From Trypethelium eluteriae (Eukaryota), in contig JAVECL010000001.1 of NCBI GenBank assembly GCA_051942245.1, positions 1-64,000 of the forward strand: a stretch of DNA of 64,000 nt, written 5' to 3'. Position 1 is the first letter of the stretch. Every line of letters starts with the position of its first letter. Positions 48,930 through 60,843 of the stretch are shown piece after piece. The notes below the pieces were generated by a model. It was not told the origin of the DNA. It saw only the letters and a program-made list of their open reading frames with translations, and did no database searches. A program made the translations under genes and the position numbers.

Positions 48930-49700
48930 ATGAACTCACCTCAGACCATCATTCTTATCACGGGAGCGAATACTGGTATTGGCTACGAGTGTGCGGCTAA
49001 CATCCTTCAAAGTTCTTCTGACTATCATGTTATCATCGGCAGCCGTGATCGAACAAGAGGTGAATCGGCAGTAACAGCTCTCCGCGCTCTTGCTGGTGTC
49101 AGGGGATCTGTATCAACTGTTCAACTCGATGTTACCAATGATGCATCTGTTGCTATCGCCGCAAGTCAGATAGAGGCGGAGCACGGGAGACTCGACATCC
49201 TCGTCCATAACGCTGGGATTGTGAGCAAACGATCTACAGCACGAGATACACTCCGAGAGACCCTCGCCACCAATACGATCGGACCTGTGGTAGTCACCGA
49301 GCTTTTCACAGCGTTACTGAAAAGGTCGAAGGACCCTCGGGTCATATTCGTAACATCGAGTCTTGGGTCCTTAACCTGTGCCTCGGACCCAGAGTCAAGA
49401 TACTACAAGACCGTGACGGGTAATCAAGTTACCGAATACCGCGCGTCAAAAGCGGCCATGAATATGTTAATGATTCAGTATGGGAAGGAACATGGGTTCA
49501 AGACTTGGAGCGCAGACCCTGGACCGAATATCACGGGCTTGATGGGACCGGCAGCGGAAGACCAAAGGGAGAAAGCGCGGAAGATGGGCGTGCCTACACC
49601 AGATGTAGGTGGATCGGTCATTGCTGCGGTGGTCAAAGGAGAGCGGGATGACCAAATGGGAAAGATTGTCGGGCGCTATGAAGGAGTTGGCTTGTGGTAG
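48930..49700 (+). CDS. Short-chain dehydrogenase/reductase
   Basis: TGANTGIG, LDV, HNAG, SS and catalytic YRASK. Confidence 0.93.
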   Translation: MNSPQTIILITGANTGIGYECAANILQSSSDYHVIIGSRDRTRGESAVTALRALAGVRGSVSTVQLDVTNDASVAIAASQIEAEHGRLDILVHNAGIVSKRSTARDTLRETLATNTIGPVVVTELFTALLKRSKDPRVIFVTSSLGSLTCASDPESRYYKTVTGNQVTEYRASKAAMNMLMIQYGKEHGFKTWSADPGPNITGLMGPAAEDQREKARKMGVPTPDVGGSVIAAVVKGERDDQMGKIVGRYEGVGLW

Positions 49701-50424
49701 AAGTCGTCTACTCAGTAGGTTTATGATCTTAAACTGTGGTCATGATTCTGCGAATGTGTTGTTTAGCTGTGCAGTGAAAGAATGACACCAGACGGCTCCA
49801 GCTTGAGGGAATTCCTACCTTTTAAGTCCCCTCCCCAAGCATGCCTTCTGGTGCTGTGAAAATGACACGAAATATCTTGGTCTTGAAAATGGTGACTTGA
49901 AACCTGGATGCGGAACAATGGAAAAAGCGAATCTAGCACAAAAAGTGGACTCTCTGATGAGTTGATAGGAATGGCTAGAGGTGCTAAAAGAAACGTCGCG
50001 GTTGGTACGTCGAACCGCTGGATCCAGGTCATGAGCCGTTGGGGGCTTTCAACAAGAACTGTAGGTATCTAGCCGGCACTTTGAGATCGAGGCGGAATTG
50101 GTTTCAACACTGGTACGAAGGAGACGCTACCACCTAAGCAAGGAGCACGTCGGACTAAGTAGCCGCTGGTTCCATTGGCATACGGAGCACACAATTCCTT
50201 GATAGCCACGGTAAGGGAACAACTGAAATGATTTAAAGCATCGACCAACGGATTGGGCGACATCAATCTCATCCAGAGACGAGGGTAAGAGGCTAAGCGC
50301 CAAGGGCATTCTAACTCCACATTTTAGTCAACAGATATATGATAACAATTTGAGAAGACATTGCGGATGGAAGCAGAAGGTACCGCTATATTTCTTACGT
50401 GGAGACGGCCGTCTAGCAGCAATC

Positions 50425-51790
50425 TCATTGAACTTCTTCCACCATTTTTCCAAAAGCCATAGGGGAGACTTTTTGCACCTTCTTAGCTCCTTCAAAAATC
50501 CTCCCAACCGGTGCGTCCAGCCATTCTTCTGGAATGCTGAGGGTGGTTCCTCCTACGTGATTCACCCAGCGCGTGTAAAACGGCGATGGCCTCTCTGACT
50601 CGCCCGAATCCTCTCCGGGAGTGGCACCATCTTCGGCTGCTGCCGCGATAACAGACGAGGTATTGACATCTTTGACACGACCTCGACGTTTGGGGGCTTG
50701 CTTCTTCAGCAGCCGGTTGATGGTGTCCATCTAGACATGGTCAGATCGAAGATCATTGACAATCTCTATTGCAATGCAATATGACCCATAGAGAAAGGAT
50801 TTTATTAATGACGACATACCTTCTCCTCTTCATTCCGCTTCTCACTAAGATTTTTCCGTCGTCTTGCCATTTCCGCTCGACGCATCGCATGTTCTTCGGC
50901 TGTAAGGTGCTTCTTCTTCTGCGCCTCTATGCGGACGTCAGAAAGCCTTAGCATAGAGATAGTGACGTACCGTTTGATAATGCCATAAGCCCACCATCCA
51001 TTTCCTCATACGCTGCTCTCTGCCTCCGTGTCAACTTGCTAAGATCGGGAGTACCACCTCTACTCCCACTGGGCGTTTCATCATCACTATCAATGTCATC
51101 ATCGCCCTCCGCATCTTCCTCGTCGCCCTCTTCATCTTCAACACCCTCCTCATCCTCGCCTAGCTCGTCAACTTGCTCTTCATCTTGAGATTCCATCTCA
51201 GAGAGTTCTTCATCCTCTTCTTCCTCCTCCATCTCTTTGTCTTCGATGCTCTTGGTGCCGTTGCTTGGATTAGCGCGACGAATCGTCACTTTAGGCCTTG
51301 CGATCGAAGGTTTTGGAGCTGGCGGGACAGGGAGCGATTTCTCGTATACGTCCTCCATGTCAACGTCTCCATCAGCGTCCTCATCATCTTCGTCGTCATC
51401 ACCCTCGGCGTCTTCGTCCAGCTCCTCGTCGTCAATATCGCCCTCGACATCTTCGTCCTCGTCTTCATCCTCACTAGATTCCTCGACTATCGCCTTCTTG
51501 CTGCGAGATTTGCGAGGTCCGCTTACGACCTCTGTACCCTCAAGAGAGTCTCGTGAATTGATGCTAACACCGCTCGTTACTTCACGTAATTTGCTTGGAG
51601 GGGCTTTCACTTTGAGATGAATGGAGCGTGCAGCTTCGGCGGGAGATTCGTTCGAGGCTCGTTCGATGCTGGTGATGGATGAAGCACCGCTTGGAGCGCG
51701 CCGAGGACGAGCGGATGGATTTCCAGGTGTCCTAGCCCATGGAGTGTCAGTACCGCCGATGCGAAGCCGAGTTGAGCGCCGGGTCGTCAT
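50425..51790 (-). CDS. IES2: INO80 complex subunit Ies2 (PAPA-1 domain)
   Basis: Acidic N-terminus, TPDLSKLTRRQR, LMALSN | EAQKKKHLTAEEHAMRRAEMARRRKNLSEKRNEEEK | MDTINRLLKKQAPKRR...RWV. Two introns. Confidence 0.9.
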
Positions 51791-52538
51791 TTGGGATGTG
51801 TTTTAGGGGGTGGAATTAGAGGGGGTGGTGGAGGAAGATATTGAATATTGAAGTGTGCATCGACGGGGCGAGGAATGGAAGTGGCATGTTTGTACTATTG
51901 GGAATCAGAAGCAAAGCAATTGCATGTACCCGACCGCCCCCGTCGTTTGGGAACTTGGGCTTGGATCGCAGTTGCAACTTCAACACCGACTGCGGCGCAG
52001 ACGCGCTGACAATGCCACTCCCGTTTAGGCAGCGCTCACCCGTCATCTTCAGATGGGCTAAGGGACGGGAGAAGAACTCACGACTGAGAAGCTCGCCCGT
52101 CGCCTGCGTTGCGATTCTTGGCTGGTTCCGGCATCCAATCGTCCGCACTTTCGGAGTCGTCATTTTCGGTGCTAAGTCTGCGCAGCCGCTTGACCGGCCG
52201 TTCAGCCATGTTGTCAAGCAATGTATGTTTTTCGAGCAATAAGAATAAGGATAGCAATAGGTAGCTCGCTGGGGGCCGTGGCCGTTGTTCCTCAGTGGCC
52301 TCCGGTTCAACTTCAGGCCTATGTGCTCCTCCACGCCCTCAACCCACAAGTACTTGGTACCCGAGGGTGGCTGCTTACGTCATCGCTGGTGGGAAGGACG
52401 AGCTGCCGAGGTTCGACGTAGCTCAAGCTCTTCGCTCACGCTCCAAGCGCCTCCATCTTTTCGATACGCTCAATCAGTCACAAGTCATCTGTGATCTTGC
52501 CTCTTCCCAGCTCTGGGCACTGAGTGCAGAATATCGTC

Positions 52539-53726
52539 ATGTCAAGTCCTGCTAAGCCGAAACCCCAAATTCCATCTTGGCAACGACAATCGGCCTCGTG
52601 CGAGTCTGCAGAAGCCCAGGAACAGGGAGCCTCGGAGCGGGAAAGAGAAGGTGACTCTATTATCACCCCATCCGTTCCAGTGGCAGTTGGCGCAGAAGAT
52701 TCAGTTGGCACAGAAGATTCAATTGGCAATGCGCACAAGGATGGCGAAGACGCGATACTAGACCAAGGTAGGAGGTTCTTGCAGGAATCAAGTGTCAAGA
52801 GTATGTCAAGAGATCGCAAGGTAGAGTTCCAAAAATTGAAAGGCATGAGCGACGACAAGATCGAGAAACTCATTCGCTCATCCACCGATCCAAGTCCACC
52901 AGAAAGTCGATCTCAAGCAGCAGATACTGCCGGGACACTTCGACAGCAATCTCGAACCCGTTCTGCTCCAGACGTACCTCCAATCATCACGTATCCTGAA
53001 TTCTTGGTGCACTCACAGAATCCTCCACCCCTCATCACGGCACGTCGATTACTTTACACAGCATACTTCACGGGCGGTATTGTGGCTGCTTTCTACGGTC
53101 TCTCAAAATACATCATTGGGCCAATGACAGAAAGCCTCACGGAGGCGCGTCATGACCTAGCTAGTCATACCCAAACCCTCATCCAGGAGTTGAACGAACG
53201 GATTAGCAAGATTATTTCTGCAGCTCCGCCAGCGAATAAAGTGCTTCATCAGCAATACGCGGACACTAGTTCTGACACCTCGGACACAGAATCTGACCCT
53301 ACAGAGCTATATCATCGCGATTTTGGTACTCAAACTAGCCCGTATGTGTCGAGACGGCCGTCCACCACCGAGACGACTGATACGACCAGACCTTCCGGGC
53401 GAGAAACTCTAGTCGAGGGCCATCAGAACAGGCTTCAAATAATGCGCTCTCACCTCTCCGAACTTCTCGACAAAGGCAAGAGAGAAGAAACTTCAATTGA
53501 AGACTCCAAGAACATAGTTAAAGACTTGGGCCACTACTTGGATACTTTGACCTATCCAGCGCTCAGTTACAGCAATTATAACTACGAAGGCATGTACGGA
53601 ATGGACAATGGTCAGAAATCCGTCAAAGACGATGCAATTGATGCAGTCAAGAAAGAAATACGCGGCGTCAAGGGAGTTCTACTTAACGCACGAAATTTCC
53701 CAAGCAGTGTCAGGGCGATACGATGA
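52539..53726 (+). CDS. Peroxin Pex14/17 (Pex33-like) of filamentous ascomycetes
   Basis: IPSWQR, Pex14-N-like QGRRFLQESSVK...KVEFQKLKGM, DVPPIITYPEFL, a TM segment, ESDPTELYHRDFGTQTS and KKEIRGVKGVLLNARNFP. Confidence 0.85.
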   Translation: MSSPAKPKPQIPSWQRQSASCESAEAQEQGASEREREGDSIITPSVPVAVGAEDSVGTEDSIGNAHKDGEDAILDQGRRFLQESSVKSMSRDRKVEFQKLKGMSDDKIEKLIRSSTDPSPPESRSQAADTAGTLRQQSRTRSAPDVPPIITYPEFLVHSQNPPPLITARRLLYTAYFTGGIVAAFYGLSKYIIGPMTESLTEARHDLASHTQTLIQELNERISKIISAAPPANKVLHQQYADTSSDTSDTESDPTELYHRDFGTQTSPYVSRRPSTTETTDTTRPSGRETLVEGHQNRLQIMRSHLSELLDKGKREETSIEDSKNIVKDLGHYLDTLTYPALSYSNYNYEGMYGMDNGQKSVKDDAIDAVKKEIRGVKGVLLNARNFPSSVRAIR

Positions 53727-54449
53727 GCGGAACCTAAGCCTCTGTTGAAAATAATGCATAACAAGTTGTTCCGACCCCGTCACTGCACTGCTTGATCTAC
53801 CTTCGAAAATCGCGGCAATCTCCTGCGTCGGAGACTATTACATCGCTTTGCAGCTCTGAGCTTAACGTCGTACCTTGCATGCGGAAGCTCCTTTCACCCA
53901 CATGGCAGGCCTGTTAGCTCTGCCTATCACAAGCAAACCGTCTTTAGTTCCAGAAGCAAGAGAAGCAAGAGAAGCAAAAAAAGAAGGGGCCTCACAACTT
54001 CAAATTCACCTAGCGCAAGCATTTTAGTATGAAAGTGGCAACTTGACGCAACATGTTTTAGCCAAAATCGGGTCTTCGATACCTGGCTTATCCTCATCCA
54101 CGTACAAGCTTCTCCAGCAATTGGCCTTGTGGATGGAGTCTGCGTCATCTCTGATAGGTGGAAAAATGAGCAAAAATCTAGAGGCCCGAACTTGGAAGAA
54201 ATATGATTGGCTGCATGCAATGTGGGACGAACAGGGTGTCCCACCATGGGGTTCCCCAGGTTAGATCATCGTAGCGTAAGATAATTCGGTGGACTCCATG
54301 CACGGCAATGCAGACGGGGAAAACGGTTCTCAAGAATGAGATGAAATAAAACCCCAATGAGCTGCCAACCCAGGTTCTGCTGTGGTGATACGACGACTTT
54401 CTTTCAACTGCAGGAGAAGTCATTCAATTCTATTCTCTTCTCACCGACC

Positions 54450-56198
54450 ATGCAGTCCCCAAAAATCTACAACACATATTTCCTTGCCATAGTGTCCACC
54501 ATTGGTGGTATGCTGTATGTCTGACCTCTCCTATATTCAAGGCTACGTCTCGCTAATAGCAATATAGCTTTGGTTTTGATATCTCGTCCATGTCAGCCAT
54601 TGTCGGCACTGATCAATATATTTGGTACTTCAATAATCCTCATGGAGTTACCCAGGGGGCCATTGGGTCTGCCCTTGCTGCGGGTTCCATCGTTGGTGCA
54701 GCGGCTGCTGTAAGCAGACATCTCCGGAACCCAGTGAGTCAGTCTTGTTGAAAATCTACAGGGTTTTATTTCGGATAAATTTGGTCGAAGGGATTCAATC
54801 GCCTTTGGCTGCCTCTGGTGGCTGGTCGGTACAGCAGTTCAAGTCTCTACCCACAGCGTTGGTCAACTGATTGCGGGCCGTATCATCAATGGAGTGTGTG
54901 TCGGTATTACGTCGTCTCAAGTTCCTGTCTACCTTGCCGAAATCGCCAAGAAAGACAAACGTGGATCCATCGTTGTTATCCAGCAACTTGCCATTGAATT
55001 TGGTATCCTGATCATGTTCTTTATTGGTTACGGATGCTCTTTCATTGGCACTGCTCATTCCACCGCTTCATTCCGTACTGCATGGGGTATCCAATTCGTT
55101 CCTGCCGCACTTCTATTGCTTGGCTTTCCGTTCCTTCCACGCTCGCCGCGTTGGTTAGCCAAAGTCGGACGTGTTGAAGAAGCAATTGACGTACTGGCCA
55201 AAATTCAAGCACATGGAGATCGTACCGACCCCCTTGTCGTTGCCGAGTGGGAGGAGATTACCACCACGCTTGCCGCTGAACGCCATTCTCTCCCTGGATG
55301 GCGCAAATTCGTCTACAAAGGCATGTGGAAACGAACATTCGCCGGTGCTTCCGTCCAAGCCTGGCAACAGTTGAGTGGTGCCAACGTTATGACCTATTAC
55401 GTCGTATATGTGTTCCTAATGGCCGGTCTGACTGGCAATATCAATCTCATCTCGGGCGGTATCCAATACGCCCTCTTCATCATTTTCACGGTCGTCACTT
55501 TCTTCTTCATTGACCGCACTGGGCGTCGACCTCTCCTGATCTACGGTGCGCTTGGCATGGCTATATGTCATCTTGTGGTTGGCGGTGTCCTCGGTATGTA
55601 CGGTGTAGACGTCCCTGGGGGTGTACAAGGTAATGCCAACGTCGTGGTTTCGGTTACTGGTGCTCCAAGTCACGTTGTCATTGCATTCTCCTACCTCTTG
55701 ATTATTGTGTATGCTTTGACTCTTGCACCAGTCGCCTGGGTCTATGCGTCCGAAGTCTGGTCTCTTGAAACTCGTGGTTACGGTATGGGTATAGCGGCAA
55801 CGGCAAATTGGTTATTCAATTTTGCCTTGGGCCTTTTCGTTCCTCCTGCATTTCACAATATCTCGTGGAAGACTTTCATCGTAAGTTTGCTCGCTTGGAA
55901 AAGCCTATTTTGTGACATATGAAGCTGACCTCTGAAGATCTTTGGCATCCTCTGCATTGGTGCAGCTGTTCAGGCTTACGTGTCCTATCCTGAAACCGCA
56001 AAGAAGTCTCTTGAGGAAATTGAAGAGATGTTCCGACCTGGTGGTCCTAAGCCATGGCAGACCAAGGTTGGTCAGTCATCTCTTGATGAGCACATTCAGA
56101 CAGTTCTGCAGGAACAGCGTAAGGGTAGTATCGAGTACACGGAAGATAAGACCGATGTCGTGCACCTTGACGGGAGAAACGTTGAGATGGAAAGCTAA
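54450..56198 (+). CDS. MFS sugar transporter (high-affinity glucose transporter-like)
   Basis: STIGGML|FGFDISSMSA, SDKFGRR, SSQVPVYLAEI, QQLAIEFGI, PRSPRWL, QQLSGANVM, IDRTGRR and PETAKKSLEEIE. Three introns. Confidence 0.94.
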
Positions 56199-56945
56199 TG
56201 GGCGTGAGACGAAACTCGGCCGTACCAGTGAGTGTAATAGAAAATGTCCGCGGGCTGCACCAAGACTCATAATGCCTGCCCCTGGCTAGAATCCTGCTGG
56301 GATCTTCCTATGTTGCGCAAGTTTAGAATCGAATTTTCAGGGAAATACTGTACATTATTCTTGAGTCTCCTACGGGAAGTTCTTAAATGGCCTCGTAGTC
56401 CATTTAAGTGGAGGTCTCCTCTCTCTGGCATCGACGTTTCTTAATTCACTCTTGGTGGCCGTTTGTGTGGAGAAGGATTTGCTTCACACTGTAGGGAAGC
56501 CCGTAGACTTGTATAGAAATCGTCATAGACCTGATTTCCGGCTCCATAGTAATTCAGTACATGTACGTCTTTTGACCTTCTATTCATAATAAACACCCCA
56601 CGGATGATCACAATTTTTGGTGATCGTAAAGTCATGCATGATATCTTGATACATGACTCTCATGTCAAGCTGTCGCGAGTTTGCAGTGCACTTATGATTC
56701 TCTGAAAAGCTTTCGCACAATGCGAGTCTTCTTTCGTCTTGCTCCATAGGCACACACGACATTGTCTTTTTGAACATGTACAGGAACAACTCAAATATGA
56801 AACACCAAAAATATAAGATAATCTGACAATACTGCAGGGTGCCTTGATTGCTGCGAGAACCTCACTGGAAATCCCCGGGGTATCTCGATGATGCAAACAG
56901 AGAGATCAAGGCATGTGCACCTCGTTTCCCGTATTAGATGTTATG

Positions 56946-58787
56946 TCATCCGGACTCCGTGGCGTGTCCAGTCGGTCCTATCTGTGAATCTGCGTACTAT
57001 CAGTAGACGCAGAGGGCATTTGGGAAAGCAGAAAACGTACAGTCAACAGTAACAAATGCGCGATCGACTTCCTCAAGACCTTTTGCGATATCAGTAATGA
57101 TGTCTTTGCGATCAGGATGTTAATCCTGATTTGGAAAGCCAGGCACACCTTCACAACAATACTGTAGTGTCTCCGCAACGTCATGAGCGCGGTGCACTTT
57201 CTCATTTTCATCCAAGATAATATCAATCTCCACCCAGACTCCATCACCGGCGTGATAGGCTGTTAATGTCTTGTATCCACCTAAAACAGGACTGAAGCGA
57301 TATGCCAATAGCATGAGCTTCTGCCACATTCGCTCCGATACTGCTGCGCCAGTGAGACGATTGATGTTCTCGAGGCAGGTATCGGCCCAATCATAGATTA
57401 TATAGAGGGAGAGGATTGCAGCCCCAACCGGGTCAAGCCACCAGACATTGAGGACGTGGCCGAGAAGAGGGAACAAAAGAGAGGCAGTGTTGAAGTAGAC
57501 ATCGGTTTTACAATCTAAGATCTTCCACGTAAGCCTCCACTACAAGGTAAAGAATAGCTTTATGAGGTAGAAACGCAGGTACAACAACATCGCTGATCAC
57601 TGACGAGTTCTTGTAGGACTTCGTATTCTTGCCTCAGTGAACCAAGTGTACTCCTTGGAAATGACTACTCACCTTGAACGAGCGCTTGGACCTGAGTGGT
57701 CTTGATTGGCCAACATCCGATACCAATTATGCCCTTCACAACCGCGTTCCCAGCCATGGCTCCAATCGCAACAGCTGGCAGAGAGGCAACTTCATGGTCT
57801 CCATTTGGCAACAGTTTCTGTACCGACTCTTGCAAGATTTGGAGGAATGACACGACCATAATGATACTGAATACCAGAATACCTAAAGGTTCGAGACGTC
57901 GCCGACCAACGGGGAACTTTTTTCGTAGCGATGCTAAGCGCCATTGCACGAGTTTGTTTGTAGTCCAAACGATGAGCGTACACAGGAGATCAAGGACGGA
58001 ATCCAGAAGTGATGCCAAGAGAGAGAGAGATCCAGTAGCAGATGCAGCGACGATCTTGATGACGACGAGCAAAACATTGGCCACAACATTAATCTAGAGC
58101 TCATGGCAATCGTCAGTGCTGGTTTCGTTAACATGGAAGACATGGTACAAATATATTTGGCTCATTTGTTCAGCTTAGCACGCAAGGCAAATGGCACGAA
58201 AACAGTCTGCACACTGAAGGAAGATGAGGAAAGCCAAGGGACTTGTCTCTTACATTGACAGCCCACTTGGCCTTTTTTGCGTCTCTCCTCCTCTTGTCAC
58301 GTTCATCCTCCGGCAGGAACGTTTCTAACCCACCCTCTGTCCTTTGAAGTGGACCCCATCTTTCTGCGACCCCATCATGGTCTGCATCTGGATTGAAACT
58401 ATCGACGACGTCGTCGCTCAACTCGACAACCAAGCTATCCACCTCCGCCCAATCATTGATCCTGTCGTTTTGTCTCTCGTAAAACTCCCTGACCTTTTTG
58501 TTCTTGATTTCCTCCAAATCTGTCCGACTCTTCCTGTACTCTTCGAAGCGGAGGCTCTCGATGCCCTCCAGCAGTGCTTTCTTCAAGCTATCGCGCCGTT
58601 GTTGAGCGATTTCGTAATTGACGGCGTCGCGAAAGCCGAATTTAGGTGCAACTCTTCGGCGTACGCCGACTCCGTGTGCTGCTGCAGAGCCACTCTCAAC
58701 GTCACCATTACCAAGCTTTTTTGCTGAAGTGCTTGTGCCATTGGAGGCGAGTTCGGGCCGTTGCCTTTTACCTACCATGCTGAGCAC
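56946..58787 (-). CDS. Cation diffusion facilitator (CDF/MTP-type metal transporter)
   Basis: FYERQN, SLSLLASLLDSVLD, PVGRRRLEPLG, DCKTDVYFNT, WWLDPVGA, AYHAG, AHDVAETLQ and EVDRAFVTVDY. Several introns. Confidence 0.92.
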
Positions 58788-59118
58788 AGTGCTGAAAACC
58801 CTGCCAAGGAAAGATATGGGGACCGACTCGTCTGCACGACGACTGTTTTGACTGTCTTAGAGGACTTTAGAAAGGGTACCGTGGTGATTGGAGGAAGGAT
58901 GAAGCTCGTAAGCAGGTCGAAAACAGCGCGTTCCTTGGAAAATAGCTGGATGCTAGTCACCGTAATTACCCCTGCGCCTCCGCGTCATTGGCGGCAGTCC
59001 GTCCCGGATCGGCGCCTGGGTTCTATCATGCCGAATGCAGGTTTCAGGATAGTTAGTTAAGGTGGATAAACTAAATACTCTTCCATAGCGGACTGCAAAG
59101 GCTGATTCTCTCTCTCTG

Positions 59119-59146
<28 letters not shown>
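59119..59146. repeat. Poly(T) tract preceded by a short (CT)n
   Basis: About 28 consecutive T residues upstream of the CDF gene. Confidence 0.9.
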
Positions 59147-59150
<4 letters not shown>

Positions 59151-60382
59151 AAAATCAATGTATACTTCCCGGGGTCCCTTACACCTCATAACAACATACT
59201 GAACAAACTGAGGGTGGTCTCACGCTGGCATTTGATTTCTATCGCATATCACTGTAGTGGTCAGGCATAGTACTTTTATGGGGTGAGCTGGCGCATGCAT
59301 TCCGAGTCATAAATTCAATGAAGAGACTGATGATCGAATTGATCGTCGTTATCAACAGCTGAACTAGAATTGGGTACTGTGGATAGAGTTGTATTGACGG
59401 AAGGTTTTAAAGTTGCAAGTTTGGATCAAAGAGAGACAAGGACAGGCACAACAGGTCAGACAAAGCAGAAAGGCCGTGTGAATATTGGTCAGATATCTAA
59501 GCAACCAAAGTCACTGCGTCTGAAAGTTGATATCTGTACGGACCAACAATGAATAACAATAGCAACCCAAGCGTTTACAGAAGGAGGAGGTGACTCAAAA
59601 GTAGATTCGATTTATGTACAATGGCTACTACAGAAGGCTGCACGAAACGCGCAATGCAGACGGCCAAATGAGCCAATATTGAAACACCAAATTGGATGAG
59701 ATGAGAGGTTTTGGGGGTGTAGCGGTCCTTGTCAATTTCGGACACTAATTAGTTGGACGTGGAGTCTGCTTCTATCACTCTCTCGTAGCAGAGAAAGCTG
59801 TGCAGGGACTATCCAAGCAGGCTAAGGTTGGTAGAAACAGCGTCTTCCTCCTCCGATGTCTACGTCATCCTTCAACGGGGCCATTTAAACCTATCCGAAA
59901 GGGTTTCCCAAGGACCTTGGCGAATCAGAGGTGAGAGAAATACTCCACAATCTTCCAAATTTCCCTCTGGAATAGTAATTTTCATGACTCTATATGAAAG
60001 CATGCTAATGCAAGTCGGAAGGTGGACATCGATGTAGAAAGATGCTTTACTCTGTTCAAGCCCCTTCGTTTACGGCAGCCTTGTAAAAGTTAACTGCATA
60101 AGGCCTACAGTATTACCCTATTAAGTCGGATGCATTCTCTGAGAGCACGCAGTATACTTTACCTCAATTCATCAGCTGATTTGCCTGATACTTTTTTTTT
60201 AGCCACCTACTTTAGGCCGCCCTAGTGAAAATTTCAAGCACGTTGACAACTGGTAGAAAATTCTGATCTTACTGCAGTGATCTATTTCATCGTGAGGGTA
60301 TGCCCTGATTCATCCAACCCATCGCCCACTGTGTACTGTCACGCATCCTATATCAGGTCTATTCCTGCTTCAAGATGGGCTC

Positions 60383-60843
60383 TTAGACTTCTTCATCATC
60401 TACGTCATCACTTTCTTCCTTGACCTTAGTCTGCTGTTCAATGTTGGCTTTCGCTTTCTTGGGTGCCGCTTTCTGGGCCTTGGGAGTGCCTGACTTGACT
60501 ACCCCACCACTCGGGACACCCGACCCTAGGTACAAATGAGTGAGCGCCTAATTGAAGTGAGAAACTGGATATGTATACCGCCGCTAGGATTATCGCTCTT
60601 TCCAAGCTTGTTCTTGCAAAGACGAGAAAACATTGTCTTCGCGTTCGCTACATTCTTGTATCCTGAATCGATAGCGACTTGGTCCCAGTCTGTCATATCC
60701 TAGAAATCGACACCGTCAGATGCACAGACGAGGAGATGTAGATGTTGACTTACTGCTATATTTCCTGTCTTGTGACGGATGATGCTCATAAGCAGTGTCA
60801 TCTCCTGTGGTGACAAGCTTGTTCCTTCGGTCTTGGGCGGCAT
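60383..60843 (-). CDS. Small basic protein with a Myb-like helix motif, three exons, absent from the ORF track
   Basis: MPPKTEGTSLSPQEMTLLMSIIRHKTGNIA | DMTDWDQVAIDSGYKNVANAKTMFSRLCKNKL | Lys-rich then acidic tail, joined by GT-AG introns. Confidence 0.68.

Noticed and set aside
33388..49700. Secondary-metabolite or catabolic gene cluster (esterase, transporter, lactonase, GH76, SDR)
   Set aside because: No backbone enzyme or regulator, and the genes are interspersed with unrelated ones.
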